Of a DNA stretch of 64,000 nt, positions 31,068 to 40,834 are shown one piece after another. The DNA comes from an uncultured delta proteobacterium (GTDB lineage Bacteria; Desulfobacterota; Desulfomonilia; Desulfomonilales; Desulfomonilaceae), in assembly GCA_963747865.1 (NCBI GenBank), contig CAVVHK010000109.1, positions 1-64,000 of the forward strand. The letters are read 5' to 3'. The notes below the pieces were generated by a model that was not told the DNA's origin, searched no databases, and saw nothing but the letters and a program-made list of their open reading frames with translations. The translations under genes and the position numbers were made by a program. Position 1 is the stretch's first letter, and every line of letters begins with the position of its first letter.

Positions 31068-31461
31068 TGCAATGTGGCATAATTACGGTGTCGTATTCCG
31101 TCGATGATGCCCCGTCAGGGGCGCAAGAGGCTACTAATTTCATCTACGGCGCCCTGTGGAAATACGGTCAGGTATTCTTGATCAAGGCAGCGGGCAAGCG
31201 GGCAGTTACATAGGGTGCGGCGCCCAACAGGAACCGCATCGTTCGAGGTATAAATACCTAACCGTATTTGTGCCATAGACCACTAAGCGCTCCTTTTCAT
31301 AGAGGCGTTCGAAGTCTTTTCTCGACAGATGAGCTCCTCTTCAGGAGCCACATCCTAAGGGAACGAGAAAAGCCCCAACTCAGCGACACTGTTTTTACGA
31401 AAACGACCACTTATGGAAGCACGGTGGGGATCATTTGAGCAGCCAATATACCAGGAGTTTT

Positions 31462-31497
31462 TGGGGAAGGGACCGGGAAACCACTTTGCAAAAAGGG
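31462..31497. repeat. Family A palindrome variant (accgggaaaccactttgcaaaaaggggcttcccggt)
   Basis: Same stem consensus and tttgcaaaaa loop as the other copies. Confidence 0.6.
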
Positions 31498-31539
31498 GCT
31501 TCCCGGTAAACTATTACCTTCCACAGGCGGCGATGGCGT

Positions 31540-31950
31540 TCACATAGCCCTTGGAGGGATCTTCACGCGTTTTTTCGCCTTCTTGGTTTCTTTCGCGTGG
31601 GTTACGGGCTTCTTTTCTTTTGCCGACTTTTCCACAACCGGCTTCTCCTCCTCTTTAGGAGCGACCTTTTCCGGTTCGGTGGTTTGTTTGTCGAAGGGCG
31701 TTTCCTCTTTTACAGCGGCAAGGTCACTGGCAGGCGTAGGCCCAGCGTTGGCCAGCAATGCCTGAACCTCGATAGCAAGCTTGTCCAAAACGCCGGCTAG
31801 CTGCGGAATGAGAAAAGCTTCCTTCAATTTGTTGAGAGTGTCAGGTATTATGCCCCTGGCCACGAGCGAAGAACAATTGCACTCTTCCTTACCCACAACA
31901 TACAGTCCCACAGCGTGGGAAGGGCCGGCAATCACTGCGGCCAGAAACAA
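31540..31950 (-). CDS. Hypothetical Lys/Glu-rich protein. The N-terminus may be frameshifted relative to a signal peptide-like 'MRVVLIAVLSIVS'.
   Basis: The C-terminal 'KVAPKEEEKPVVEKSAKEKKPVTHAKETKKAKKR' tail is low complexity. An upstream ATG at about 31980 opens a different frame. Confidence 0.3.
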   Translation of the reverse strand: MFLAAVIAGPSHAVGLYVVGKEECNCSSLVARGIIPDTLNKLKEAFLIPQLAGVLDKLAIEVQALLANAGPTPASDLAAVKEETPFDKQTTEPEKVAPKEEEKPVVEKSAKEKKPVTHAKETKKAKKRVKIPPRAM

Positions 31951-32591
31951 TAGACAGCACAGCGATCAACACGACTCGCATGGCTCCATCTCCTGCTTAT
32001 AATATGGTGTAATTTTATTATACAAAATTTGCAAAAAAAATCAAGAACTTCTTTCCGGAGCCGCCGTGGGGGCCGGTTGCAGCAGCAGGAAGGACATCAT
32101 GGAAAAGGTAAGGCGCGATCGGCACGAACTCCCGCATTCCATTGGCCAAGCGCTTATTGAAGTGAGGCGGGCTATTGTGGATATGGCAAATGTCGAAATC
32201 AGTGTTTGTCTCATCAAATTCCGGAAGGGTGAAAGCTGAGGCGATAGCGGAGTCTCGCTCCCTTTCTTGCCCCATGTGAGTCTTAACCTGCCCTCAGAAC
32301 GCTCCTGCTTTGGCGACCGAGAATTTGGCGCTTAATTTGCGAAGCAAGGTAAGCGTTCGCCGGGAGGCGACTCTTTTGTGAAATGGAACGTAGCTTTTGC
32401 TCCGCATGAGGCCGATACACTGACCTGGAAACCAGGTCAGTGTCGATGTTAATCGCAAAGGAGCGCCGCTGTTTGCGGAGCTACGGACATCGTCCGTCCA
32501 AAACGCTGTTCCCCGGCATATTATTTACAAAACCAAACACTACGCGTCTATTCTGTTCCGCCGCTTTCAGGCTCGATTCATAATGCTCTGC

Positions 32592-33063
32592 TTATTCCTG
32601 TTTCTCAGTTGCTACTTCCGAAGATTTGACGGTAAGCACAGGGCACTTTGCCGTCCTGACCACATTCTCCGCCGTGCTGCCAAGGATGAGATGCTTGAAG
32701 CCGGTCCATCCATGGGTTCCCATAACGATCAAGTCTATTGACTCTTCTTCCACCAAACGCACTATTTCGTTCGCAGGGATTCCGATCCTGGACAACGTCT
32801 TTATGGCTCTCACTTTATCATTGCATTCGTTGGTCAGAAACCTCGAAAGCTTTTTCCACCGATTCCTCTATCCCCAACAGCACTTGCTGGAGATCGAAAG
32901 GGACACCCGGTTCAAATGCAGGGAAGCCAAGTCTGGATGAATTCACGACATGCAGGACAACCAGTGTTGAACCAAAGGCTTCGGCGAAGTCAACGGCATA
33001 TTGACGTGCCGGAAGCGAATTCTCTGAAAAATCCGTGCAGAATAAGATTTTTCTGGGGATCAT
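32592..33063 (-). CDS. Universal stress protein (UspA family). It has one frameshift near 32815.
   Basis: N-terminal half 'KILFCTDFSENSLPARQYAVDFAEAFGSTLVVLHVV'. C-terminal half 'IVRLVEEESIDLIVMGTHGWTGFKHLILGSTAENVVRTAKCPVLTV' (ATP-binding G-x2-G-x9-G-S motif), in another frame. Confidence 0.7.
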
Positions 33064-33449
33064 GTAGCTAACCTCCTGTGGTTAATGAAATTACAGATAA
33101 GCAAATACCAGGCCTGCCGCATTTGGCGCTAACACACGTTTTGTCCGGTGAGGCCGACCAATGTATTTTACAACATGTAAAACAGCGAGGCGATGTTTTT
33201 TGGATGCGCTCCGGGAATGCGATTGATACAGGGGATGTGGGATGGCGGCGACTTCAGGTGATTTTACTCACGGCCTGAAACAGACGGTAAATGCAAAGCT
33301 GAAGAGGGATACACCGGAGCCGAACGCCTATAGTCAGACGACCATCCCGAAGGACGCGGTATTTCCGGGCTCAATGAGGGAAATTTAGTATGTGTCGCTC
33401 AAGAATCTAATTTGTCAGACACTCGAGCGACACCCCAATTGGGTCGAAA

Positions 33450-33683
33450 TTATTCCACCTTCTGCTTGGGGGTTTTCGCGGGTTTGCACTTTTTGCAGTC
33501 TTTTACTACTTTGCCCTTTTCTTTAACGCACTCAGCCCTGGTCATTTCCTGACAATCACCCTTGATACAGCAGTGGATCTTTTTGTCCGCTTTGTCTGTT
33601 TTCTTGGTGTCGGTTTGGGCGACGGCAAACGGCACGGCCAACGCAAATACCATAATTGTAACGAGAACCAGCAATTTCTTCAT
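33450..33683 (-). CDS. Small secreted Lys/Cys-rich protein
   Basis: Signal peptide 'MKKLLVLVTIMVFALAVPFAVAQ'. The mature part has 7 Cys residues. Confidence 0.5.
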   Translation of the reverse strand: MKKLLVLVTIMVFALAVPFAVAQTDTKKTDKADKKIHCCIKGDCQEMTRAECVKEKGKVVKDCKKCKPAKTPKQKVE

Positions 33684-34268
33684 CCGGGCCTCCTCAATCC
33701 AGCAGGAGTTCTAGCCGCCTCCCAGATTCATGGATTGCGGGAGGGGGATTGAGGCATCCTACTGCCGAAGCTGATTTTATTGCAACATTTTTTCTTCGGA
33801 ACTGAATTTTTTTCTTTAATTGTTACACCAGTGGCTTGCGTCGCATGAATTAGCCGCGGACAATTAGCGTCAGATTCAGAACATTGTACTCAGGCTCTTG
33901 CCCCTTTTGCGTTGAATATTGAAACCCAATTCATTAATCTCTCCTTGTTGCGTCTTTTTTCCCTTTTCAAAATACAAGTGTGGTCGATCGGTAATATGAA
34001 CCCCGGGAGCCTCTGCGAGATTGGGCGCTTTCGCCCGAGCCGGCTTCCTCCGACAGCGACCGGCGCCTCCACCGGCTTAATCGAATGTTGTGACCGCAAA
34101 TATAGCGTCGCGCTAACGAAACGGAGCCCTTAGGCTTCGGCTTTTTGAGAGTTTTTGAATGTGTATCTCCGGAGGGAAATTCGTTGCTTGGAGTTTCCCT
34201 TCAGCGCCATCTTCATCGGCGGCTCCAACTCCGTCTTTTTTGGGTTACAGGCGACCTAGCATTGTAAC

Positions 34269-34399
34269 CTTTCAGTTATGAAGGGCGAATTCCGAGATTG
34301 CTTTCCCGCGGAAAGCGGGATTTCGCTCCTCGCAATGACATTTGGACTTGTCTTTGCGAGCGGAGCGAAGCAATCTCACGCACGTAACCGAATGAATAC
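34269..34399. repeat. Roughly 130-bp nested-palindrome element, family D copy 2
   Basis: About 93% identical to copy 1. It lies directly upstream of the oadG-like start. Confidence 0.8.
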
Positions 34400-34456
34400 C
34401 GCGCATTGCCTGAGCTTGACCGCGACTTAGGTAAGGGAGCGGACGCGGAGAGAATA

Positions 34457-34624
34457 ATGGACAATTTGACTTTTGGTGTGACTCTGATGCTAATCGGCAT
34501 GGGAGGAACCTTTCTTACACTGGCAATCATCATTCTTTTCACCAACCTGATCAAACATGCCTTTCCGGTTTTCGAGGCGCATGGCGGTCGTGAAAAGAAT
34601 AAAACCGAGGGCAGTTTAAAATGA
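34457..34624 (+). CDS. Small single-TM subunit, OadG-like (Na+-decarboxylase gamma-type)
   Basis: 55 aa, 'MDNLTFGVTLMLIGMGGTFLTLAIIILF'. 4-nt overlap with the downstream beta-subunit gene. Confidence 0.5.
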   Translation: MDNLTFGVTLMLIGMGGTFLTLAIIILFTNLIKHAFPVFEAHGGREKNKTEGSLK

Positions 34625-35770
34625 TCGAGAACGTGATCTACAGCTCCGCTGAACTCCTCACTGGAGTTCGCTTCCTGTTTACGCAGGGATGGCCCAATTT
34701 GATTATGATGTTTGCAGGATTTGGTCTTCTTTACCTGGCGATCCACAAGGAAATTGAGCCGTTACTCTTGCTTCCCATCGGTTTTGGGTGTGTGCTTGTT
34801 AACCTTCCGTTTTCGGAAGTTATGGACAAGCAAGGAGTGCTCAGGTTCTTTTACGATGTTGGCATAATTACGGAGATCTTTCCCTTACTGATTTTTGTCG
34901 GCATTGGCGCAATGACGGACTTCGGGCCACTTCTGGAAAATCCGAAGATCCTGCTGTTTGGCGCGGCCGGCCAGTTCGGTATCTTCATCACCCTACTACT
35001 AGCGCTTGCTCTTGGTTTTTCTAAGCTGGACGCTGTCTGCATCGGAATCATCGGCGCCTGCGACGGCCCGACCGCCATCTACGTGACCAGTCAGTACGCC
35101 CCTCATTTATTGGGACCGATATCTGTAGCAGCCTACTCTTATATGTCTCTTGTCCCCATAATTCAGCCTCCCATAATGGGACTTCTTACCTCGGAAAAAG
35201 AGAGAACCGTGCACATGGGAGCAGTGCGCGAGACTGTTTCCAGGAGGACAAGAATACTGTTTCCCCTTATGGTGACCGTGGTCACCGGCATAATTCGCTC
35301 CGAAGGGACTGCCGCTCATGGGAATGATAATGCTGGGGAATTTTATGAAGGAAAGCGGAGTGGTGGCAAGGCTTACCGGCTCGTCCGAGAACGAAGTCGC
35401 TAACACCGTAACTTTATTCTTGGGACTCGCCATCGGCGGAACCATGGAGGGCGGCAAGTTTTTGCGCCTTGAGACTTTGGGAGTCTTCAGCCTCGGGTTT
35501 GTGGCGATTTGTTTTGACACTGCCGCCGGGGTGCTCATCGGGAAATTTTGGTGTTGGCTTAGCGGCGGTAAGATTAATCCTTTGATCGGCGCCGCTGGGA
35601 TATCCGTGTACCCGATGGCCGTGCGGGTCGTTCAAGCCCAGGGCCAATTATACGATAAGAAGAACTTTCTACTAATGCATGCCATGGGAGCCAATACCGG
35701 CGGCCAGATAGGATCGGTCATGGCAGCCGCCATTATGCTCTCGCTTCTGAAAGGCATGGGGTTCATATAG
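34621..35770 (+). CDS. Na+-transporting oxaloacetate/methylmalonyl-CoA/glutaconyl-CoA decarboxylase beta subunit. It has one frameshift near 35290-35330.
   Basis: 'GFGCVLVNLPF', 'LLIFVGIGAMTDFGPLL...FGAAGQFGIF', 'IIGACDGPTAIY'. The continuation 'MGMIMLGNFMKESGVV...GAAGISVYPMA...GANTGGQIGSVMAA' is in another frame. Confidence 0.8.
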
Positions 35771-36640
35771 TGGGGAATCCGTTTTGCGACTATTGGACCT
35801 GAGAATACCGCTGATCTCAGCAAGAAATGTAGCGCGGAACTTGCCTGGCGCCACTCCGGGAAGACAACCGATTTTGCACTATACCCATACGTGGCGCTGG
35901 GAACCGGACTTCGCCGACACTCCGTGCGCCGATGGCGCTCCTAACTTTTCAACAGAAACGAAATCAAGGATGGATCGGAGCCGATAGATAGTGGCTGTCC
36001 GCCTAGGCGGACTCAACATCTCAATTGATAAGATCGGAAATTTTTTTGCTGCTTCCATACAAGTTTTCGGTAGACTCTGAGTAATAGTTCTGTGGCTGAT
36101 AATTGAATTTTGCCTTGACACGAATCAGTTCCGCCTCTTAACATAATACTCAACACATTTGATAAAGATCGACGACGCTAATTGTGGTTCGGAATCAGCC
36201 CGCGCTAGGCAATGCGAGATCGCATGATCGCTAAATGATATAGATCGAGATTAAATTGAATAAGAGCTTGAAGCTCTTTGCTAAATCTTGGGTCCATTGC
36301 TTGATGGCTGGAAGCGTTATAATTGTTGCAAGTAGCAACCCACAGAAGCCAATGATTAACCGAAATCGTAAGGATCCGGGTCGAACGCTTTGGGCAGCGG
36401 TCTGTTAAGGTTCGCAATGCCTTGGCCCTTGCCCCAAGTATCGGGGGGCAGGATTGGGGTTTCCGCCTTTCCGCGGTTGGACGCCGGCATTGAGGATTCA
36501 CGGAATCCGTTATGAATGGTTGACCGAAATTTCGTTCACTGGTCCCAATGAAACCGACAACAGTTCAAACCACGTTACAACCATAGCCGCTCTTTTTACC
36601 GGAACAGAGGCGGGCTACAGATCTCCAGGGGGGTGAGGCC

Positions 36641-38554
36641 ATGCGAGAAGGTAGAATCCACAGACAGGTAGCGTTACTGCTGTTTGTTGCCGTATTCTTG
36701 TTAATGTCCGTTCATTCAGCTCCAGGTCAGGGTGTTCAGAGTTCTTCCTCTCCTAAAGGGAGCGAGCCGCCTCTGATGGGGGTAGTCAAGCGCATCCAAG
36801 GCGTTGCTACCGTGGCTCGTCCAGGCCAAGCCCCTATGACGATAAACGAGGGTTTCGCCATACATGTTGAGGACACCCTGCAGACTGCCGCCAATAGCAA
36901 AGCTTGGTGGAATCAGGCGCCGGCGGATTCTCCAGTCCCGGTGCTGTCAACCGGAAACGCTTCACTGGGGGAAAATTCCTCTTTTGAACTCATCAGATTC
37001 GATTCGCAAGGCGGAGCCGAGGCGTTCACAGGAGAGGTGGGCTCAGGCCTTGTTCGTTTCATCAAGAATATCCCCAATACCAGTCCTCAGCCGTCCTTCA
37101 CGATAACCACCCCCACTGCGCTGATCGAAGTGTTGCCCGCCGATAGACCGGCCGACTTCGTAGTGGAGGTGCGAAACCAGCAAATCTCCACGATTTATGG
37201 CATATGGGGCGCGGTCCGGGTGAGGAATATTTCCGACAAATTTACAGAGGAAAGAATTGTCAGGTCCTGTCAGAAGGTCGATGTGGAAGCGGACAAAGAG
37301 CCAGGCCCCGTCACCGGAGTTTCCCCCCAGACATTGAAGGACCTCATCACTCGGACTACCATCCCCAACACGCTGCCCGAAGACGTTCCATCTTGCGGAG
37401 AGGGCGGTCCTGTTCCATACGAGATCGAGGGTGTCCCTGAGGGCGAATACTGGCCTCCGCAGGGCGGATGCCCATGTCCCCCTAACCAGGAATGGGTGGG
37501 TTACGGATGCGCGCCCTGCCCATATTGGAAATTCTACGATCCATACACTTGCAGATGCGTTTCCCGGTGCCGAAGCGATTACAATTGTCCCAAATGCCAG
37601 CGCTGCGAAGATGGCCATTGTCGTCCAAAGCTGTGCCCGCCGGGCGAATGGCTCAATTACGAAACCTGTCGCTGCGAGAGAAAATGCGACAAACAATGCC
37701 CACCAGGTTCCTGGCTGAACCCGAAGACTTGCACGTGTGAGAAAGAGTGTCACAAGGAGTGTCCACCCGGCCAGTGGCTCAATCCCAAAACCTGCGAATG
37801 TGAGACCAAGTGCCAACGCACCTGCCCGCCGGGCCAAAAACTCGATCCTACCACGTGTACATGCAAACGAGCTTGTGACAAACAATGTCCGCCCGATCAG
37901 TGGCTGAATTACGCGACATGCCAGTGTATGCCGAGATGCAATCTCCAATGCCCGGAAGGTCAGATTCTAAACAGAGAATTGTGTAAATGCGAGGGTAGTA
38001 TCCCTGCGTGCAACAAGACTTGTCTTCCCGGCCAAAAACTCAACCGAGTCACTTGCACGTGTGAACGAGCCTGCGATAAGCAATGCCCGCCCGATCAATG
38101 GCTGAATTACTCGACATGTGAGTGCATTCCGAGATGTCATCTTCAGTGTCCGGAAGGTCAGTTCCTTAACAGGCGATCGTGCAAATGTGAAAGCAGGCCC
38201 ACGTGCAAGAAAACGTGTTCCTCTGGTTATCGGCTGGACCCCGTCAGTTGCCAATGCCTGGCGATTCCACAAATTGAAAAGAAGGTCATTCAAACAAAAG
38301 GTTGTAGATCTAACGCCGAGTGCGGCCCGGATAGCGTTTGCCGCAACGGAAACTGTATACCCATAATACGGCATGACACGACCAAGCCTTACTGGGAGCA
38401 CCCAAAGACGATCATTCAGGAGCCGCACCCCTGGCCCGGCTCTGAAGGCAAACCCAAGTTCAATATACCCAAGTCCGATATACCCAAGTCCGATATACCC
38501 AAGTTCAATGTGCCCAAGACAGATCAAACACCCTTTAGACAGCAATTACGGTGA
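36641..38554 (+). CDS. Secreted protein with a FecR-like N-terminal domain and about 10 tandem 21-22-aa cysteine-rich modules (CPPGxWLNxxTCxCxxxCxxx)
   Basis: Signal peptide 'VALLLFVAVFLLMSVHSAPG'. Repeats 'CPPGEWLNYETCRCERKCDKQ', 'CPPGSWLNPKTCTCEKECHKE', 'CPPGQWLNPKTCECETKCQRT' and others. A DNA-level ~198-bp tandem duplication lies at 37873..38070 / 38069..38230. The C-terminus carries 'IPKSDIPKSDIPKFNVPK' mini-repeats. Confidence 0.7.
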   Translation: MREGRIHRQVALLLFVAVFLLMSVHSAPGQGVQSSSSPKGSEPPLMGVVKRIQGVATVARPGQAPMTINEGFAIHVEDTLQTAANSKAWWNQAPADSPVPVLSTGNASLGENSSFELIRFDSQGGAEAFTGEVGSGLVRFIKNIPNTSPQPSFTITTPTALIEVLPADRPADFVVEVRNQQISTIYGIWGAVRVRNISDKFTEERIVRSCQKVDVEADKEPGPVTGVSPQTLKDLITRTTIPNTLPEDVPSCGEGGPVPYEIEGVPEGEYWPPQGGCPCPPNQEWVGYGCAPCPYWKFYDPYTCRCVSRCRSDYNCPKCQRCEDGHCRPKLCPPGEWLNYETCRCERKCDKQCPPGSWLNPKTCTCEKECHKECPPGQWLNPKTCECETKCQRTCPPGQKLDPTTCTCKRACDKQCPPDQWLNYATCQCMPRCNLQCPEGQILNRELCKCEGSIPACNKTCLPGQKLNRVTCTCERACDKQCPPDQWLNYSTCECIPRCHLQCPEGQFLNRRSCKCESRPTCKKTCSSGYRLDPVSCQCLAIPQIEKKVIQTKGCRSNAECGPDSVCRNGNCIPIIRHDTTKPYWEHPKTIIQEPHPWPGSEGKPKFNIPKSDIPKSDIPKFNVPKTDQTPFRQQLR

Positions 38555-38606
38555 GCAGTAGGAATTGTTCCGAAATGCGTCTACCCAGATTTAGAAGGAG
38601 GACTAC

Positions 38607-39323
38607 ATGATGTCGAAAGTTTTGATCCGAGTGTTTTGCATTTCATTGGTAGCTGGATTGATCCTATTGGGAATCGGCCCTGTGGTTGCACAGAAGGCGG
38701 ATAAGCCTATGGCTACCCAGGAAAAGATGATGCCCCAGCCCAAGGCTGGAGCGCCGAGCCCCGGCCAAGAGATGGCTGGGCCGCCGAAGGACAAAGTAGA
38801 GGAGTTTGCGGTCTGTTCCCCTGCTTTTCCCGGTGAACAAATAGTGGAGATGATGGAATTTACCGCAAAGCTTTCCCCTAAAGCGGCTGAAAAGCTCAGG
38901 CCGATACTGTTAAAGTGTGACCTTGACGTGAACAACGAACTTCTCGGCTTTCTGGAAGATATGCAAAACGAAGTGGCCGACGCTCAATTCGATAATGAAG
39001 AGCAGGAAAAACTGTTTCTCGCCGAAAAAGGAAAAGAGATAGAGGCCCAATTAGCTGTCGTACAGAAACCCGTCAACGAAGGCGATCTGAAGATGGTCGT
39101 ATCGGAACTTTTTGACATGAAGCAAGCTAGCTTAAAGGGCCACTTGGCTGATCTGGAAAAAGAAACGGAACAGGTCAAGAAAAGAATAGCCGAACGGGAA
39201 AAATTGAAGGGCCAAATAGTCGATCGCAAGATCAAGGAGATGGCGTCAAGCGTGGAGCAGCCGGCTCAACAAAAGGCTCAAGGAGAAAAGGCTCAGGCTG
39301 AAGATCCTTTGGATTGGGATTAG
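38607..39323 (+). CDS. Secreted coiled-coil hypothetical protein
   Basis: AGGAGG RBS. Signal peptide 'VLIRVFCISLVAGLILLGIGPVVA'. The rest is acidic and helical. Confidence 0.5.
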   Translation: MMSKVLIRVFCISLVAGLILLGIGPVVAQKADKPMATQEKMMPQPKAGAPSPGQEMAGPPKDKVEEFAVCSPAFPGEQIVEMMEFTAKLSPKAAEKLRPILLKCDLDVNNELLGFLEDMQNEVADAQFDNEEQEKLFLAEKGKEIEAQLAVVQKPVNEGDLKMVVSELFDMKQASLKGHLADLEKETEQVKKRIAEREKLKGQIVDRKIKEMASSVEQPAQQKAQGEKAQAEDPLDWD

Positions 39324-39387
39324 CGGAAAACCGGATAATTGTGGGTCAAGTATTTCGTGTTCTTGTCATTCCAACAAATTTGGACAA

Positions 39388-39738
39388 ATGAAAGGATGGC
39401 GCCACATGAGCGAAAATGAAAAAGAAAGAAATCCAGAGGTTAATGAGACCGACGTTCCCGAATTGGACCCGAAGGTGGAATCGAGAAGAGAGTTTTTTTC
39501 CAGTCTAGGGAAATGGTCGAAAGTCGTAATCGCCGCGGTCGTTTTGGGCGAAGCGGTCGGCGCGCCTGAAGCCTCTTCGTATTGGAGCAACGGCGGTTGG
39601 CACAACGGTGGCTGGCATAACGGCGGTTGGCATAACGGCGGCTGGCACAATGGCGGCTGGTGGAATGGCGGTTGGAAAAACAAATGGAATAACGGCGGCT
39701 GGTATAATGGTGGTTGGTCCAACTACTACAGCAAATAA
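39388..39738 (+). CDS. Small Tat-signal peptide/protein with a C-terminal Gly/Trp repeat array (GGWHN x4, GGWWN, GGWKN, GGWYN, GGWSN). Candidate rSAM substrate.
   Basis: Twin-arginine motif 'SRREFFSSLG' plus h-region 'VVIAAVVLGEAVGAPEA'. The C-terminus is encoded by 15-bp tandem repeats (aacggcggctggcac...) spanning 39589-39725. The nearest downstream ORFs are a Cys-motif protein at 240 nt and a radical SAM/SPASM enzyme. Confidence 0.55.
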   Translation: MKGWRHMSENEKERNPEVNETDVPELDPKVESRREFFSSLGKWSKVVIAAVVLGEAVGAPEASSYWSNGGWHNGGWHNGGWHNGGWHNGGWWNGGWKNKWNNGGWYNGGWSNYYSK

Positions 39739-40024
39739 ATGTCGATCCGCGGGCGTCGGCTCCATTAGCGGGAAGTTTGCGTGAAAGCGCCTCCGGGGAG
39801 GATATTCCTATTGGAAATCTCTCCCCTGGGCTTCCCTTCCCGAATTCCGTATCCGGCGCAGGACGGGCGCCGAAATCCCACAGGCGGGAACGCGTCGACC
39901 GGACGCCCCTTTTAGCAGCGTCCCAACTTCTTTAAGGCTCCGCAAAGGCGTTATACCGTATGCATTCGGAGATGGCGTGAATCGTTGTGAATGCAATCAA
40001 CGACTTTTTCCCACGGAGGCCCTT

Positions 40025-40825
40025 ATGCCAATGCTATGTAACATTCCGACATCTCTCTCAACATCCGCTCAATTCAAGAATATCGTTGTTAGATCTTCAA
40101 GCGTAGCGGAGCTTTTGTCTGTGGCTCGTGAGGTTGACAGAGATCGCCTCCACGGACTACAGATTATATCGCTTGTAGACGACCCCAAGCCTCTCGCCTC
40201 TCTCTCGGAGCCGATCACGCTGGATCTGGTTGTCGAGTCGTCATCGGAGTTTTCCTCCATTTACAAGTACGCGGAGCTGCTACGAAAGCATCCAATAAGG
40301 CTTACCGTGCCGGTGACCCCCGGTTTCGTCAAGGCAGTCAGGCTGGCTTTGTCCTTGAACATACCCGTGAAACTTGAAGTGGGGCAGCCTGACGTTGAGA
40401 TGACCGAAGAGCTGGGGGCCTTGGCAAGGTTTTATCTCTACCATCAGACCGTTAGCCAACCTATGGAATTCTTTCACAGCGCGCTACTCGGTTTTTATTT
40501 GGACGACCCGGTATCTCTGTGGAAAATACAAGAGGAAGATCCCGATTCATTTGGTTATTTCGATGACACCGGAAGGAACCATCTTTCCCGTCGTCTAGTG
40601 GGCCATCGATTGCCGCAGGAAGTCCGAGAATACATAGCCGGAAATCTGGAGGCTGTGCCGTCAGTTTTACAGACTTGCCGGGATTGCCGATATTTGAAAT
40701 CTTGCGCAGGCTATTTCAAGTTTCCTTCCACCGACTATGATTGCTCCGGAATTCGGGAGTTGCTGGGGATTTTGATGGAGGCGGCTCTCGAGCTTAAGAA
40801 AACCTACCAATCTACAGAAAAATAG
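40025..40825 (+). CDS. Hypothetical protein with a C-terminal Cys motif (CRDCRYLKSCAGYFKFPSTDYDC), SPASM-like, with no radical-SAM core
   Basis: GGAGG RBS before the ATG at 40025. There is no CX3CX2C. The C-terminal spacing C-x2-C-x5-C-x3..-C resembles a SPASM/twitch half-domain. 10-nt gap to the rSAM gene. Confidence 0.5.
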   Translation: MPMLCNIPTSLSTSAQFKNIVVRSSSVAELLSVAREVDRDRLHGLQIISLVDDPKPLASLSEPITLDLVVESSSEFSSIYKYAELLRKHPIRLTVPVTPGFVKAVRLALSLNIPVKLEVGQPDVEMTEELGALARFYLYHQTVSQPMEFFHSALLGFYLDDPVSLWKIQEEDPDSFGYFDDTGRNHLSRRLVGHRLPQEVREYIAGNLEAVPSVLQTCRDCRYLKSCAGYFKFPSTDYDCSGIRELLGILMEAALELKKTYQSTEK

Positions 40826-40834
40826 GATGCGACA

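Noticed and set aside
32418-32446. Perfect hairpin cactgacctgg-aaa-ccaggtcagtg considered as the usp terminator
   Set aside because: It lies about 150 bp from the usp stop, with no adjoining U-run on either strand. Its role is unclear.
39589-39725. Tandem 15-bp direct repeats considered as a CRISPR-like array or satellite
   Set aside because: The period is far too short. There are no spacers. The repeats are in frame and encode the GGWxN units of a Tat-signal peptide.
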